This document shows positions 28,783 to 36,729 of a stretch of 48,617 nucleotides of DNA, piece by piece. Origin of the DNA: a virus (lineage: Duplodnaviria > Caudoviricetes); IMG/VR virus record IMGVR_UViG_3300031820_000007, positions 1 through 48,617 of that record; one strand, given 5' to 3'. The notes beneath the pieces are model-generated. The model had not been told where the DNA came from and did no database searches. It saw only the letters and a list, made by a program, of their open reading frames with translations. The position numbers were made by a program, and so were the translations under genes. Each line of letters begins with the position of its first letter. Within the stretch, counting starts at the first letter, position 1.

Positions 28783-29190
28783 TTACTTCGCCAGAGCGCC
28801 GCCTGGGCCGTCTGTGAGGCTACGGATCCCGTATGGCGGTATCTTCGCACGCTTCTCCCCTTGATACGTGTCATGCTGTACAAGCACGAAAGCCTCACCT
28901 CCGTTCAACTTCTCCGGGTCGTGTCCTTCGGGGCCTGGGTTGTATCCAACCGCGGCGTAGTAGGCCTTCAACTTCTGCAGCGCATGTGCCTGAAGACTGA
29001 TCATGTCGAGGATCAGTTTTCCAACATGCGGCTCGTTCTGCGCCTTCATATACAACCACCAGGCGTGTTCTCCAGGTGTATTAGCTGACTCCTTCATCAC
29101 ACCTTTTTCCACACGAACGTGGTACCAGCCTTCCGGTGGGATGTCGCCCCACTTTTCCACCTTCGACATGTCATTCTGAAGTAACGGCAT
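28783..29190 (-). CDS. DUF669-type single-stranded DNA-binding protein
   Basis: IPPEGWYHVRV...HDTYQGE pattern; lies downstream of the Sak4-like ATPase. Confidence 0.75.
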   Translation of the reverse strand: MPLLQNDMSKVEKWGDIPPEGWYHVRVEKGVMKESANTPGEHAWWLYMKAQNEPHVGKLILDMISLQAHALQKLKAYYAAVGYNPGPEGHDPEKLNGGEAFVLVQHDTYQGEKRAKIPPYGIRSLTDGPGGALAK

Positions 29191-29196
29191 CGGTCA

Positions 29197-29388
29197 TCAC
29201 CTTCCTTTGTGTGATTTAATCGCTTGCTCCACAGCAAACTGCAACGCGTTCTTTACGGGCGTTTCAAACTTCAAGAACGCGCCGTCGTACATAGCTTCAA
29301 CGACCTGGGCCATCCCGTCGCGGTTCACGACGAGTTTCAACACAGGCCATCGGAGATCGATAACGGTGATCGTGATGAGTTGGTTAGC
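29197..29388 (-). CDS. Hypothetical small protein
   Basis: GTG (VANQLI...) after GGAGG, overlapping the ATPase stop; start approximate. Confidence 0.4.
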   Translation of the reverse strand, partial: ANQLITITVIDLRWPVLKLVVNRDGMAQVVEAMYDGAFLKFETPVKNALQFAVEQAIKSHKGR

Positions 29389-30145
29389 CACCGGCAGCCT
29401 CCAGAGAGCTGATGAATCGAGGGTAATCATCCATTTCTTCACTGTTAAACTGCTCTACGGTTATACCGTCGGGGAGCTTGCCGCTTTTCATCAGCACCGC
29501 GCTCCCGCGATCGATATCGAGGATGTGGAGCGGGCGAGGGAACGTCAGCAGCGATCGCGTCTTACCAATCCCCGGCACTCCATACAACATCCAGATGTAC
29601 GGTGGTGCCCAGTTGCAGTCCGGCAACGCTAGCGCTCGGGTAGCCAGATCGCTATAAGAGCTAGGAAGCAGACCGCCAGCAATGGCCGGTGCATTGAAGC
29701 GATCTTTGACGACCCAGTAATCGCCCCCACCACCAAGAGGCTCCCGGCGACCAATCCAGAGAGGAGTACCGTTAACCTCACGAACGCGAAAAACGTTGTC
29801 ACACGCATTCATCACCTCCGTCGGGCAGGTGGAGCCTGGTAGGTTCGGCCAGCCCATCACCGCGATTGGTTCTTGCGGCACTTGGCCTTTAGCCGTCATC
29901 GCTCCGCCTTTTGCATATACCTTCTCTATCTGCTCGTGGCAGAGGATAACGACGTTGGAGCCCGCAGCTCGGAAGTCTTTGAGTCGACGAGCGGCCATAT
30001 TGACGCGCTCCGTGGCACCTGGATAGTTGTTCATCCCACGGATAGAGTCCATATCACGTGCGTGTTTACGCATATCGAACGAGAAGGCAAGCCGCGCCCA
30101 CTCTCCACCCGAGTCGATCGCTATCGTTGCATATTTAGGAGGCAC
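29384..30145 (-). CDS. AAA_24/Sak4-like ATPase, circularly permuted
   Basis: GTG 30145 after GGAGG. Walker B TIAIDS is at the N-terminus; Walker A LYGVPGIGKT plus LDIDRG are near the C-terminus. Confidence 0.8.
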   Translation of the reverse strand: MPPKYATIAIDSGGEWARLAFSFDMRKHARDMDSIRGMNNYPGATERVNMAARRLKDFRAAGSNVVILCHEQIEKVYAKGGAMTAKGQVPQEPIAVMGWPNLPGSTCPTEVMNACDNVFRVREVNGTPLWIGRREPLGGGGDYWVVKDRFNAPAIAGGLLPSSYSDLATRALALPDCNWAPPYIWMLYGVPGIGKTRSLLTFPRPLHILDIDRGSAVLMKSGKLPDGITVEQFNSEEMDDYPRFISSLEAAGG

Positions 30146-30815
30146 TAGACGCCTCCGATTTGTCCTCCTCGTACTTTGTAGGGTCAGGGACTCCAGCGAG
30201 TGCAAAAGCTTCCTGTCTTTCTACACATGTACCACAACGTTTGCAGTGGAGGTCCAACCCTTGATAACACGACCATGTGTATCTATACGGTACGCCGAGG
30301 TAGTGTCCGTGCTGGACGATCTCAGCTTTCGTCAGGTTCACATACGGCGCGAAGACTTCCACAGGTGTCCATTCGTTCCCTATCTGCGCTGCCCTATTCA
30401 TCGCGTAGATGAAGTCAGGTCGGCAGTCCGGATAGATAGCGTGGTCACCTGCGTGCACCGCGGTGTAGACGCCTTTCGCGCCGATCGCTACAGCGTGGCC
30501 GATTGCGACGCTTAGCATGATCATGTTACGGTTCGGCACAACGGTTAACTTCATGCTCTCGTCCGCGTAGTGGCCAAGCGGAACGGGATCAGGCCCTGCT
30601 TGCGACCCCTTCGCGATCAGCGAGTGGATAGCGGTGAGATTAACTATCTCAAACTCCACCTCCACGCGCTGACACAACGCCACAGCGTTCTCAAGCTCGC
30701 GCACGTGTCGCTGACCGTAGTGGAAGAGCAGGCACTTGACGTCCGGGCGTAGGTCCCACAGGAGCGTCGTAGAGTCGAGTCCACCGCTGAATAGCAGTAC
30801 TTTACTAGCTGGCAT
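30135..30815 (-). CDS. queC: 7-cyano-7-deazaguanine synthase
   Basis: SGGLDS, YGQRH, VPNRN, YPDCRPDF and WSCY...HCKRCGTC motifs. Confidence 0.95.
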   Translation of the reverse strand: MPASKVLLFSGGLDSTTLLWDLRPDVKCLLFHYGQRHVRELENAVALCQRVEVEFEIVNLTAIHSLIAKGSQAGPDPVPLGHYADESMKLTVVPNRNMIMLSVAIGHAVAIGAKGVYTAVHAGDHAIYPDCRPDFIYAMNRAAQIGNEWTPVEVFAPYVNLTKAEIVQHGHYLGVPYRYTWSCYQGLDLHCKRCGTCVERQEAFALAGVPDPTKYEEDKSEASSAS

Positions 30816-31014
30816 ACCACCTCCCTGGTGTTACTTGTGTGAAATCCCCAGCAGGCGCCTCGTCAACGTTCGGTAGTAACCCTAACTTCGTACCACATCC
30901 GATACATCGTATCGGGTAGTACAAGTCCGTGGTGTGTCCGTTGTCTACAAGCTCAACGCGCGCGCTTCGATCTATCTCCAACTCTCCTCCGCACTCACTA
31001 TGTATCAACCTCAA
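30805..31014 (-). CDS. Small zinc-ribbon protein
   Basis: TTG 31014 after AAGGAGG; HSECGG...CIGCG. Confidence 0.6.
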   Translation of the reverse strand: MRLIHSECGGELEIDRSARVELVDNGHTTDLYYPIRCIGCGTKLGLLPNVDEAPAGDFTQVTPGRWYAS

Positions 31015-31444
31015 CGTTTTCCTCCTTGACTTGCGGGACTGGAAGTCCGAGGAGCTCCAACCAACCAAGACTTTTCCGTTTCTCGGTAGCTTCATGAAAT
31101 AACTGTTGTAGTTTTAATCGTATCAAACGGTCAGGTAATAAAACTGTATTCGTCGGTTTAATACGTTTACAAATCTCGAGGGCGTAGTAAACTTCATCTC
31201 GTTTTAATTCGAGGTGGGATACTATAGTACCAAGGAAGATTACGTTAAGCGCGGCTCTACTTATTATTAGTTGATAGCAGCCCGCACCGCGATAAATCTT
31301 ACCACCGTAAAGTTCCTGAATTCGTTTAAGGAAGAAGCGATTTTTTTGTGGTATCGCTACAGTAGGTTTACCTAATTCATCGTTGTACTGTAGCGACACG
31401 GTTCCTTCTCCGTCGAAGATACCAGCAAGATATTCAGGGCTCAA
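30998..31444 (-). CDS. Free-standing single-motif LAGLIDADG homing endonuclease
   Basis: YLAGIFDGEG, YGGKIY and HLELKR motifs; visibly more AT-rich than flanking genes. Confidence 0.85.
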   Translation of the reverse strand: MSPEYLAGIFDGEGTVSLQYNDELGKPTVAIPQKNRFFLKRIQELYGGKIYRGAGCYQLIISRAALNVIFLGTIVSHLELKRDEVYYALEICKRIKPTNTVLLPDRLIRLKLQQLFHEATEKRKSLGWLELLGLPVPQVKEENVEVDT

Positions 31445-32438
31445 TTACTTGCTCCCGTTGGATTTTAACTTCTGGAATAGGTAAGCCTAATAAACGATAA
31501 TACTCTGCGTCGACGTAGTCCTTATCCCTCGGCCGGAACTCTCCCGGCATCACTTCCTGGTTGCGCTTGCACTGTTCATGGTAGTAGCACTTCCGATTCC
31601 ACGCCGTACAGGACGCAGTGTTTTTATACCAGGCGTTTTCCGTGTAGGCTCGCTCATAATCGCGCGCAATCTGGCTGATGTCGGACTCAAACTCGAGTAG
31701 GTCGGCGTCAGAACGCAGAAAGGGCTCTCTCTCGATCGTTATATGGAATGGGTCCGACGCGTTCTTGCGGGGCTTCGTCGTCTTCTCGAGTATGAACCCG
31801 TTCGGTTTGATGCCCGCTCCCTTCCAGCACCCGTAAATGTAACCAGTCGGCTGCGCGGCCAACTGCCACTGGGTCCAGAAGAACTCGCCTGGTACGCCGG
31901 ACGTCTTGCGCTCGATGATCCACACACGGGACTTCCATGAGATGAGGCCGTCGGCCTTGCCTTTCAAACGGTGGTTAACGAAACAGCGCGGGTCAGTACA
32001 CGGTTCCATATCCGGATTATCGGTTAGAGAACAGTTAGGCCAAAGGATTTGATGTATAAACGCGCAGTGATGTATTGTCTTAGGGAGCTCCACACAGAAC
32101 TCCACCTCAGGTTGCAGCAGCGTCCAATCGTCCTTCTCATACATGTCAGCTTGTACATTCAGCATGCGTTTCGTGAGCTCGATATTCTTCTCCGCAATCG
32201 CACGTTCTTCGGGGAGGAGTGTATCCTTAGCGATGCGTTTCCGGTACTCCACCTCGGCCATCTCTAGCGCACCTGCTCTATCCTTGTGCGCCGTGAGGAA
32301 CGCTACCGCGGCGTGATACGCTCCCCCAATCACCAACACGTCAGGGGTTTGGTGCGGATCTTGCCCTAACACAAACATGTCGTAGGTCTTCCGTCGGCAC
32401 TGCATGAAGAATGCAGCACGGGATAAGTTGATGATCAC
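31434..32438 (-). CDS. PD-(D/E)XK (RecB/Cas4-like) exonuclease
   Basis: EVEF, GKADGL, IIERKT and QPTGY motifs; N-terminal Cys plus C-terminal C...C.Y...C Fe-S-type ligands; GTG after AGGAGG. Confidence 0.85.
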   Translation of the reverse strand: MIINLSRAAFFMQCRRKTYDMFVLGQDPHQTPDVLVIGGAYHAAVAFLTAHKDRAGALEMAEVEYRKRIAKDTLLPEERAIAEKNIELTKRMLNVQADMYEKDDWTLLQPEVEFCVELPKTIHHCAFIHQILWPNCSLTDNPDMEPCTDPRCFVNHRLKGKADGLISWKSRVWIIERKTSGVPGEFFWTQWQLAAQPTGYIYGCWKGAGIKPNGFILEKTTKPRKNASDPFHITIEREPFLRSDADLLEFESDISQIARDYERAYTENAWYKNTASCTAWNRKCYYHEQCKRNQEVMPGEFRPRDKDYVDAEYYRLLGLPIPEVKIQREQVIEP

Positions 32439-32460
32439 TTCGCCTCCTAAGTGAAGCATA

Positions 32461-32501
32461 AGTATAATACAGATCCGAATCAAAAATCCCTAACCAGCTT
32501 G
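32461..32501 (-). promoter_or_regulatory. Phage promoter copy 1: CAAGCTGGTTAGGGATTT-N17-TATACT
   Basis: 18-bp motif at 32484-32501, -10 at 32461-32466, upstream of the exonuclease RBS. Confidence 0.75.
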
Positions 32502-32519
32502 TTCATGGTCGTCCACCTA

Positions 32520-32820
32520 GCGTAAAGACGGCAAGAGCCCGAAGGGCTAGAGGTCTTGGCTACCCCTAACCCTCCAGGCTCTAACTAGGAGGTCGCTGAC
32601 GGAGGAGAGCGCGTAAGGGTTGATCTCCCACCGGCAGCTGCCGCGGTGTGATTCGTTCCCTTCTCCACACCGAACTCGTAGCGCTAGAAATCCTACATCG
32701 GGTGTAGGCCTTACGTGCCAGCGGAAGCTCACGATAAGGTGAGGAGCGGGTGTAGAAAATCCACGCCTACCCTCATCTATCCCGCACCCGATGCTCTTAG
32801 TAACGCCTAGGCGTCCTAAA
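32520..32820 (-). ncRNA. Candidate structured non-coding RNA
   Basis: About 300-bp gap in a gene-dense arm, with several perfect stems (see findings). No family recognised. Confidence 0.35.
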
Positions 32821-32824
32821 AGAT

Positions 32825-33160
32825 CTACGCGGCGGCCTTATCCGTCGTTTCCTCTTCAGGTGTTGCCTCTTCCGACACCTTCTTCTCCGCTTCCAACTCC
32901 GCGGCCGCGTTAATCTGCTCCCACATATTAGAGAACTTCGGATCGGTCGCTTTCGTCTGCAGCGCTTTCTCCTTCAGCAGTCGGGCCTTCTCGCGTTGCT
33001 TCTGTTGGTAAACCTTCATCTTCTCTGGATTATAGTGCTTCTTCTGCTGCACCTTCTGCCGCACGCGGATCGCCAGCAGATCCTTCTGCATGTCCTCCTG
33101 CGACATGCCCGCGATCTCTTTTTCGATATCCGCAATATTCACTGCGAGTTCGTCAGCCAT
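32825..33160 (-). CDS. Hypothetical charged helical protein
   Basis: AAGGAG RBS before ATG 33160; downstream of promoter copy 2. Confidence 0.7.
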   Translation of the reverse strand: MADELAVNIADIEKEIAGMSQEDMQKDLLAIRVRQKVQQKKHYNPEKMKVYQQKQREKARLLKEKALQTKATDPKFSNMWEQINAAAELEAEKKVSEEATPEEETTDKAAA

Positions 33161-33206
33161 CGGTCTTCTCCTTGTGCGCGACGTGTCGTCGCTTGAATTG
33201 ACATAC

Positions 33207-33246
33207 AGTATAACACAACTAAAAAGCAAAATCCCTAACCAGCTTG
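33207..33246 (-). promoter_or_regulatory. Phage promoter copy 2: CAAGCTGGTTAGGGATTT-N16-TATACT (extended -10)
   Basis: Motif at 33229-33246, -10 at 33207-33212. Confidence 0.75.
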
Positions 33247-33735
33247 TGGCTCGTCAATCGGTTCACTTAGCGGTTGCAGCCCGGGTTCGATGCGGGCATC
33301 TTTTGGCGGGTTATCGGTTAGGCCATCTTTTGGTGGGCTGACATCTTTTGGAGCAGAGCTGGCGCCCATCTCTTCGTGTACAAGCCCGAGCTGCTCCTGC
33401 AGTTGACGTATACACTGCTCAAGGTACCGTTTACTACCAGCAAGTGTATGCTCGTCGCAATGGTTGATAATGGAGTTCGTTAGATCCTTAAACTCCTCCT
33501 CCGCATCCCACAACTGCCACTCTTGCTGCAGTGGTGTGAGGCCTTGGACAACGGTGGATGGACGTCCAGACGTCGTCGCTTTAAGGGAGTAGATATGTAC
33601 CTCAAACCCCATGTTGCATTCCTCTTGACACAACTCAGCGACCTCCGCCAACGTCCCTCTAGCTAAACACGCGTACAGCGCACCGCGTCCGTGCAGCACA
33701 ACGATGAAATTACTCGCGGGGTTCGAGTCGCTCAA
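33235..33735 (-). CDS. Hypothetical protein
   Basis: TTG after GGAGG; ends QAG-stop inside the promoter motif. Confidence 0.6.
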   Translation of the reverse strand: MSDSNPASNFIVVLHGRGALYACLARGTLAEVAELCQEECNMGFEVHIYSLKATTSGRPSTVVQGLTPLQQEWQLWDAEEEFKDLTNSIINHCDEHTLAGSKRYLEQCIRQLQEQLGLVHEEMGASSAPKDVSPPKDGLTDNPPKDARIEPGLQPLSEPIDEPQAG

Positions 33736-33885
33736 TCCGAGCCTCCAGTCGTTGTACGTATTCCGCTAACGCATACGTCACAGTCTGTAGCGCATCGAGC
33801 ATTGTGTATGCCTTAGGCACCGTCCCCCACATGAGGTAGTCACGTGTACGCTTCAGCTCTTCAAGTATCTCCTTTATCGTCGGCC

Positions 33886-34143
33886 TCACATCGCACCTCG
33901 CAACTCACGCAGGATCGCCTCCATAGCGTCGCAGAGCCCGTGGAGATGTCCGCGCCTGCGTAATCGCTCTGCATCCACGACGGCCTCCTGAGCGGGTTTC
34001 AGACTGACCTCATACTCCAACTTCTTCGGTGTGTTTAACCTAGCATATGCGTCCCGCGCTGCGAGTCCTCCACGCGCCGCCTCCCACCGCGCCTTAACGC
34101 GTGCCGCCTGTGCCGCCCTTCTCGCCTTCGTCCATTTCCCCAT
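33886..34143 (-). CDS. Hypothetical basic protein
   Basis: GGAGG RBS; WTKARRAAQAARVKARW motif. Confidence 0.6.
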   Translation of the reverse strand: MGKWTKARRAAQAARVKARWEAARGGLAARDAYARLNTPKKLEYEVSLKPAQEAVVDAERLRRRGHLHGLCDAMEAILRELRGAM

Positions 34144-34375
34144 CGATCTTACCTCCTAAGGTTGACTTCCGTTTCGTGGCCCCTACGATATGACGTCGTC
34201 GATCCCAGATGAAATCATAACCTTGCTCATTCATCTGCTTGATCACGCGTACGATCTGCTTAAGCGTCTCTCCATCTCGCTCGTGCGCGAACGTCTCCGC
34301 CAGCTTCCACGCTTTAGCGAGCAGTGTAGTAATATCCGGTGGTAGAGAGTCTTGCGAGTCCACCGCGTCGTCCAC
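34094..34375 (-). CDS. Hypothetical protein
   Basis: GGAG RBS with GTG start. Confidence 0.55.
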   Translation of the reverse strand: MDDAVDSQDSLPPDITTLLAKAWKLAETFAHERDGETLKQIVRVIKQMNEQGYDFIWDRRRHIVGATKRKSTLGGKIDGEMDEGEKGGTGGTR

Positions 34376-34377
34376 CG

Positions 34378-34587
34378 CTAGTCAATCTCCCTGAACACGG
34401 AGTCCTGACACACTTGACACATACCGCTAATCGCGTACTCCCGTTGTGACAGTTCATCGCGGAAGTCTTGTGTAGGATCAATCTTTAACGATCCGCACGT
34501 TACACAAGCCCCTTCGAACGGTCGGCGTCCAAACAACGCTTTAGCGACGTCGTCAATCGCTTTCCTCATCTTTGGTGTCTTCGTCAT
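34378..34587 (-). CDS. Small zinc-finger protein
   Basis: CVTC...FRDELSQREYAISGMCQVCQD. Confidence 0.7.
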   Translation of the reverse strand: MTKTPKMRKAIDDVAKALFGRRPFEGACVTCGSLKIDPTQDFRDELSQREYAISGMCQVCQDSVFREID

Positions 34588-34847
34588 TCGCCTGCCTCCT
34601 TCTCCACCAGCGCTTCAGCCTGTCGCTCTATCTCCTCCAGCTCGTCCTGACTTAGGTACTCGCTCGCCACCCTCATCATCATCTTCTTCTTCATCTGCTG
34701 CTTCTTATGATACGCCTTCCGCGCGGTGAGGAAGTTGTACACCCAGTCCAACCACTGAAACTCCAGCCCGCCTTCTCCATCGTCGACCGAGTCGACCAAC
34801 TTCTTCAGCTCGGCCAACGAGGAAGGCGTCTTTCCTTGTATCGCCAT
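34584..34847 (-). CDS. Small basic helical protein (RKAY family)
   Basis: AGGAGG RBS; ARKAYHKKQQ; first gene after promoter copy 3. Confidence 0.65.
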   Translation of the reverse strand: MAIQGKTPSSLAELKKLVDSVDDGEGGLEFQWLDWVYNFLTARKAYHKKQQMKKKMMMRVASEYLSQDELEEIERQAEALVEKEAGE

Positions 34848-34883
34848 CGTCGTCGCCTCCTAGTTGACTTCTTACAACGCTAC

Positions 34884-34923
34884 ATCTTAACACATTTCAA
34901 AGCAAAAATCTCTACCCAGCTTG
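34884..34923 (-). promoter_or_regulatory. Phage promoter copy 3: CAAGCTGGGTAGAGATTT-N16-TAAGAT (extended -10)
   Basis: Motif at 34906-34923, -10 at 34884-34889. Confidence 0.7.
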
Positions 34924-35574
34924 TGTTTGCCCTCCTCCTTCCTTTCCCCATATCTTTAACTGCAGTCGGGCAGTCTCCCTTATCTCCTCCGTCTCACCAA
35001 ACTCAGCGTCGTTGGCCAGCTTGACGAGATCAACGTGTTCCCTATTCTCCTGTACAATTTTTTCCTTATCCTTCTTCTTCATCATCTCCTCCTCTAGATC
35101 TGCTTGTGCTTGTTTCAGCTTCCTCTCAGCAGCTACCGCTTCATTATTCGCGTCGTCGACCGCTTTCATCTTGAGCGCTAGCTCCTGCTGCCGTTTGAAC
35201 TCCACATTCCGCTCATTCATCCGCGCAACGTCCTCGGGTGTTATCGGTGGTTTATCCGATTGCGCTGCCCGCGTACGCGCTTTCCTATTTAACGTTTCTT
35301 CAGAGTAATCGAGCGCATCCCTCTCCTTCTTCAACCTTTCCGCTTCTTCTCTCTCCGCTTCGGTCGCGTACGTAGGCACCTCGAACGAGTTACTGGGGCG
35401 TCCGGGCCCGCGGGACAAAACCGGTGAGTCCAACTCTATCCCTAACTTGTCCGCTAACTTCTCCATCTGTCGTTGACACCGCGCTTGATCCTCAGGTGTC
35501 AAATACGGCATCACACGCTTCAACCGCCTCAACTCTGACCGATAATTCCTCTCCGTCCGCACGCTAAGCGACAT
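34912..35574 (-). CDS. Coiled-coil protein with an AT-hook-like RGPGRP motif
   Basis: GAGGA RBS; E/K/R-rich; ends QAG-stop inside the promoter motif. Confidence 0.65.
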   Translation of the reverse strand: MSLSVRTERNYRSELRRLKRVMPYLTPEDQARCQRQMEKLADKLGIELDSPVLSRGPGRPSNSFEVPTYATEAEREEAERLKKERDALDYSEETLNRKARTRAAQSDKPPITPEDVARMNERNVEFKRQQELALKMKAVDDANNEAVAAERKLKQAQADLEEEMMKKKDKEKIVQENREHVDLVKLANDAEFGETEEIRETARLQLKIWGKEGGGQTQAG

Positions 35575-35778
35575 GTGGCGTCCTCACTTTCTTTGGTAGT
35601 TATTTATCTCGTGGTCTCCAACAGGCCTTTTATTCATAGGGTAAAATACCTTCCTCCCTACCTCCTCTCTTCTAGCTCCTTTCCTAAGCACTAGTAAGAT
35701 ATAAGGTAGTAGTTAGGTTTTTTCGTATCTCTCTCTATGAATAAAAGTCAGTCTGAAGCCATGTCTTAACAAACTACC

Positions 35779-35819
35779 ATTATACATTAAAGAGAGGGCG
35801 GAAATCCCTACCCAGCTTG
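35779..35819 (-). promoter_or_regulatory. Phage promoter copy 4: CAAGCTGGGTAGGGATTT-N17-TATAAT
   Basis: Motif at 35802-35819, -10 at 35779-35784. Confidence 0.75.
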
Positions 35820-36200
35820 GGGCCCCTTCCCCACCTCCTCGTCGTCCTGCGCCTGCCGCTTCAACGCTGCCTCCTGCTGCTCGCGTGTCGCATTGTCCCA
35901 GCTCACGCCATACATCTGTTTGACCTTCTTCCTCACAGCGTGGAGCGCCTCTCGCTGGCGTCTAGCCCTCTTCGCGTGAGCAGCTTGCTGCGCTTCAACG
36001 TGGTAGATGTACCGATTAACCATATACACGACTTCTTCCGCGGTGAAAACATCTAACACACACGGGGGGTTTGGGGGCCGCGAAATTTCGTTGTGCAATC
36101 CGCCTATCGGTCGTATCGACACAGTTGGTCCTAGATACGGAAACGCGGGGTCTCCGTCCTTCCCACGCGGTATCTTCTTCTTGCTGAGTTCAATCTTCAT
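35808..36200 (-). CDS. Hypothetical protein
   Basis: GAGGAG RBS; ends QAG-stop inside the promoter motif. Confidence 0.65.
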   Translation of the reverse strand: MKIELSKKKIPRGKDGDPAFPYLGPTVSIRPIGGLHNEISRPPNPPCVLDVFTAEEVVYMVNRYIYHVEAQQAAHAKRARRQREALHAVRKKVKQMYGVSWDNATREQQEAALKRQAQDDEEVGKGPQAG

Positions 36201-36430
36201 ACAGGCTCCTCCTCATCATCCTCATCCACAAATTCTACCTCTTGCTCACCTACCTGTTCGTAATCAGTCCCCTCCCAGTACCCTTCCCTCTCATCCCTTT
36301 CGGTGTGCTCGTAGAAGTAGTCGGAAAACTCCTTAGGTGTCATCTGCTGTACCTTCTCCTTCTCCTTCTCCCCCATCACCATCACGGTAACAGGTATCTT
36401 CATCCATCTTGTTATATTGTATATCTTCAT
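36197..36430 (-). CDS. Acidic hypothetical protein
   Basis: GGAGG RBS, ATGA overlaps, D/E-rich C-terminus. Confidence 0.6.
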   Translation of the reverse strand: MKIYNITRWMKIPVTVMVMGEKEKEKVQQMTPKEFSDYFYEHTERDEREGYWEGTDYEQVGEQEVEFVDEDDEEEPV

Positions 36431-36729
36431 ACGTTACCTCCCTTTGTCTCAACATACACATCCTTCCTCGTCCCCTTCGCCGCGTGCTTCCTCAATATCG
36501 CCTTAGCGAAGAACCTTACCTCCCTTAACGCACCTAAGTAAAACGGTGCGAGTTGTAACTTTCCTTTCCCGATCGCTGTCTCCATCTCGTCGATGAGCCA
36601 TATCTCAAACTCGAGATGTTTCCTTACGTTCAACATCTTCGGCTTCCTAGACATTACTCTACCTCCTTCGGTGGCTCCACATACACAACAATCGCGTTCT
36701 CCTTCGCTGACAAAAACATCTTCTGACAC
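36427..36729 (-). CDS. Hypothetical protein (start uncertain)
   Basis: ORF in the early operon. Confidence 0.5.
   Translation of the reverse strand: MSEDVFVSEGERDCCVCGATEGGRVMSRKPKMLNVRKHLEFEIWLIDEMETAIGKGKLQLAPFYLGALREVRFFAKAILRKHAAKGTRKDVYVETKGGNV

Noticed and set aside
30998-31444. Group I intron or intein housing the LAGLIDADG
   Set aside because: The exonuclease has its own stop, there is no room for intron core structure and no intein splice residues were seen.
31434-32438. Cas4 of a CRISPR system
   Set aside because: No array or other cas genes; the context (Sak4-like ATPase, SSB) indicates a phage recombination exonuclease.
32484-35819. CRISPR array or att sites from the 18-bp repeat
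   Set aside because: Copies are 0.7-1.7 kb apart with genes between them, each precedes a -10 box, and no cas or integrase gene was found.
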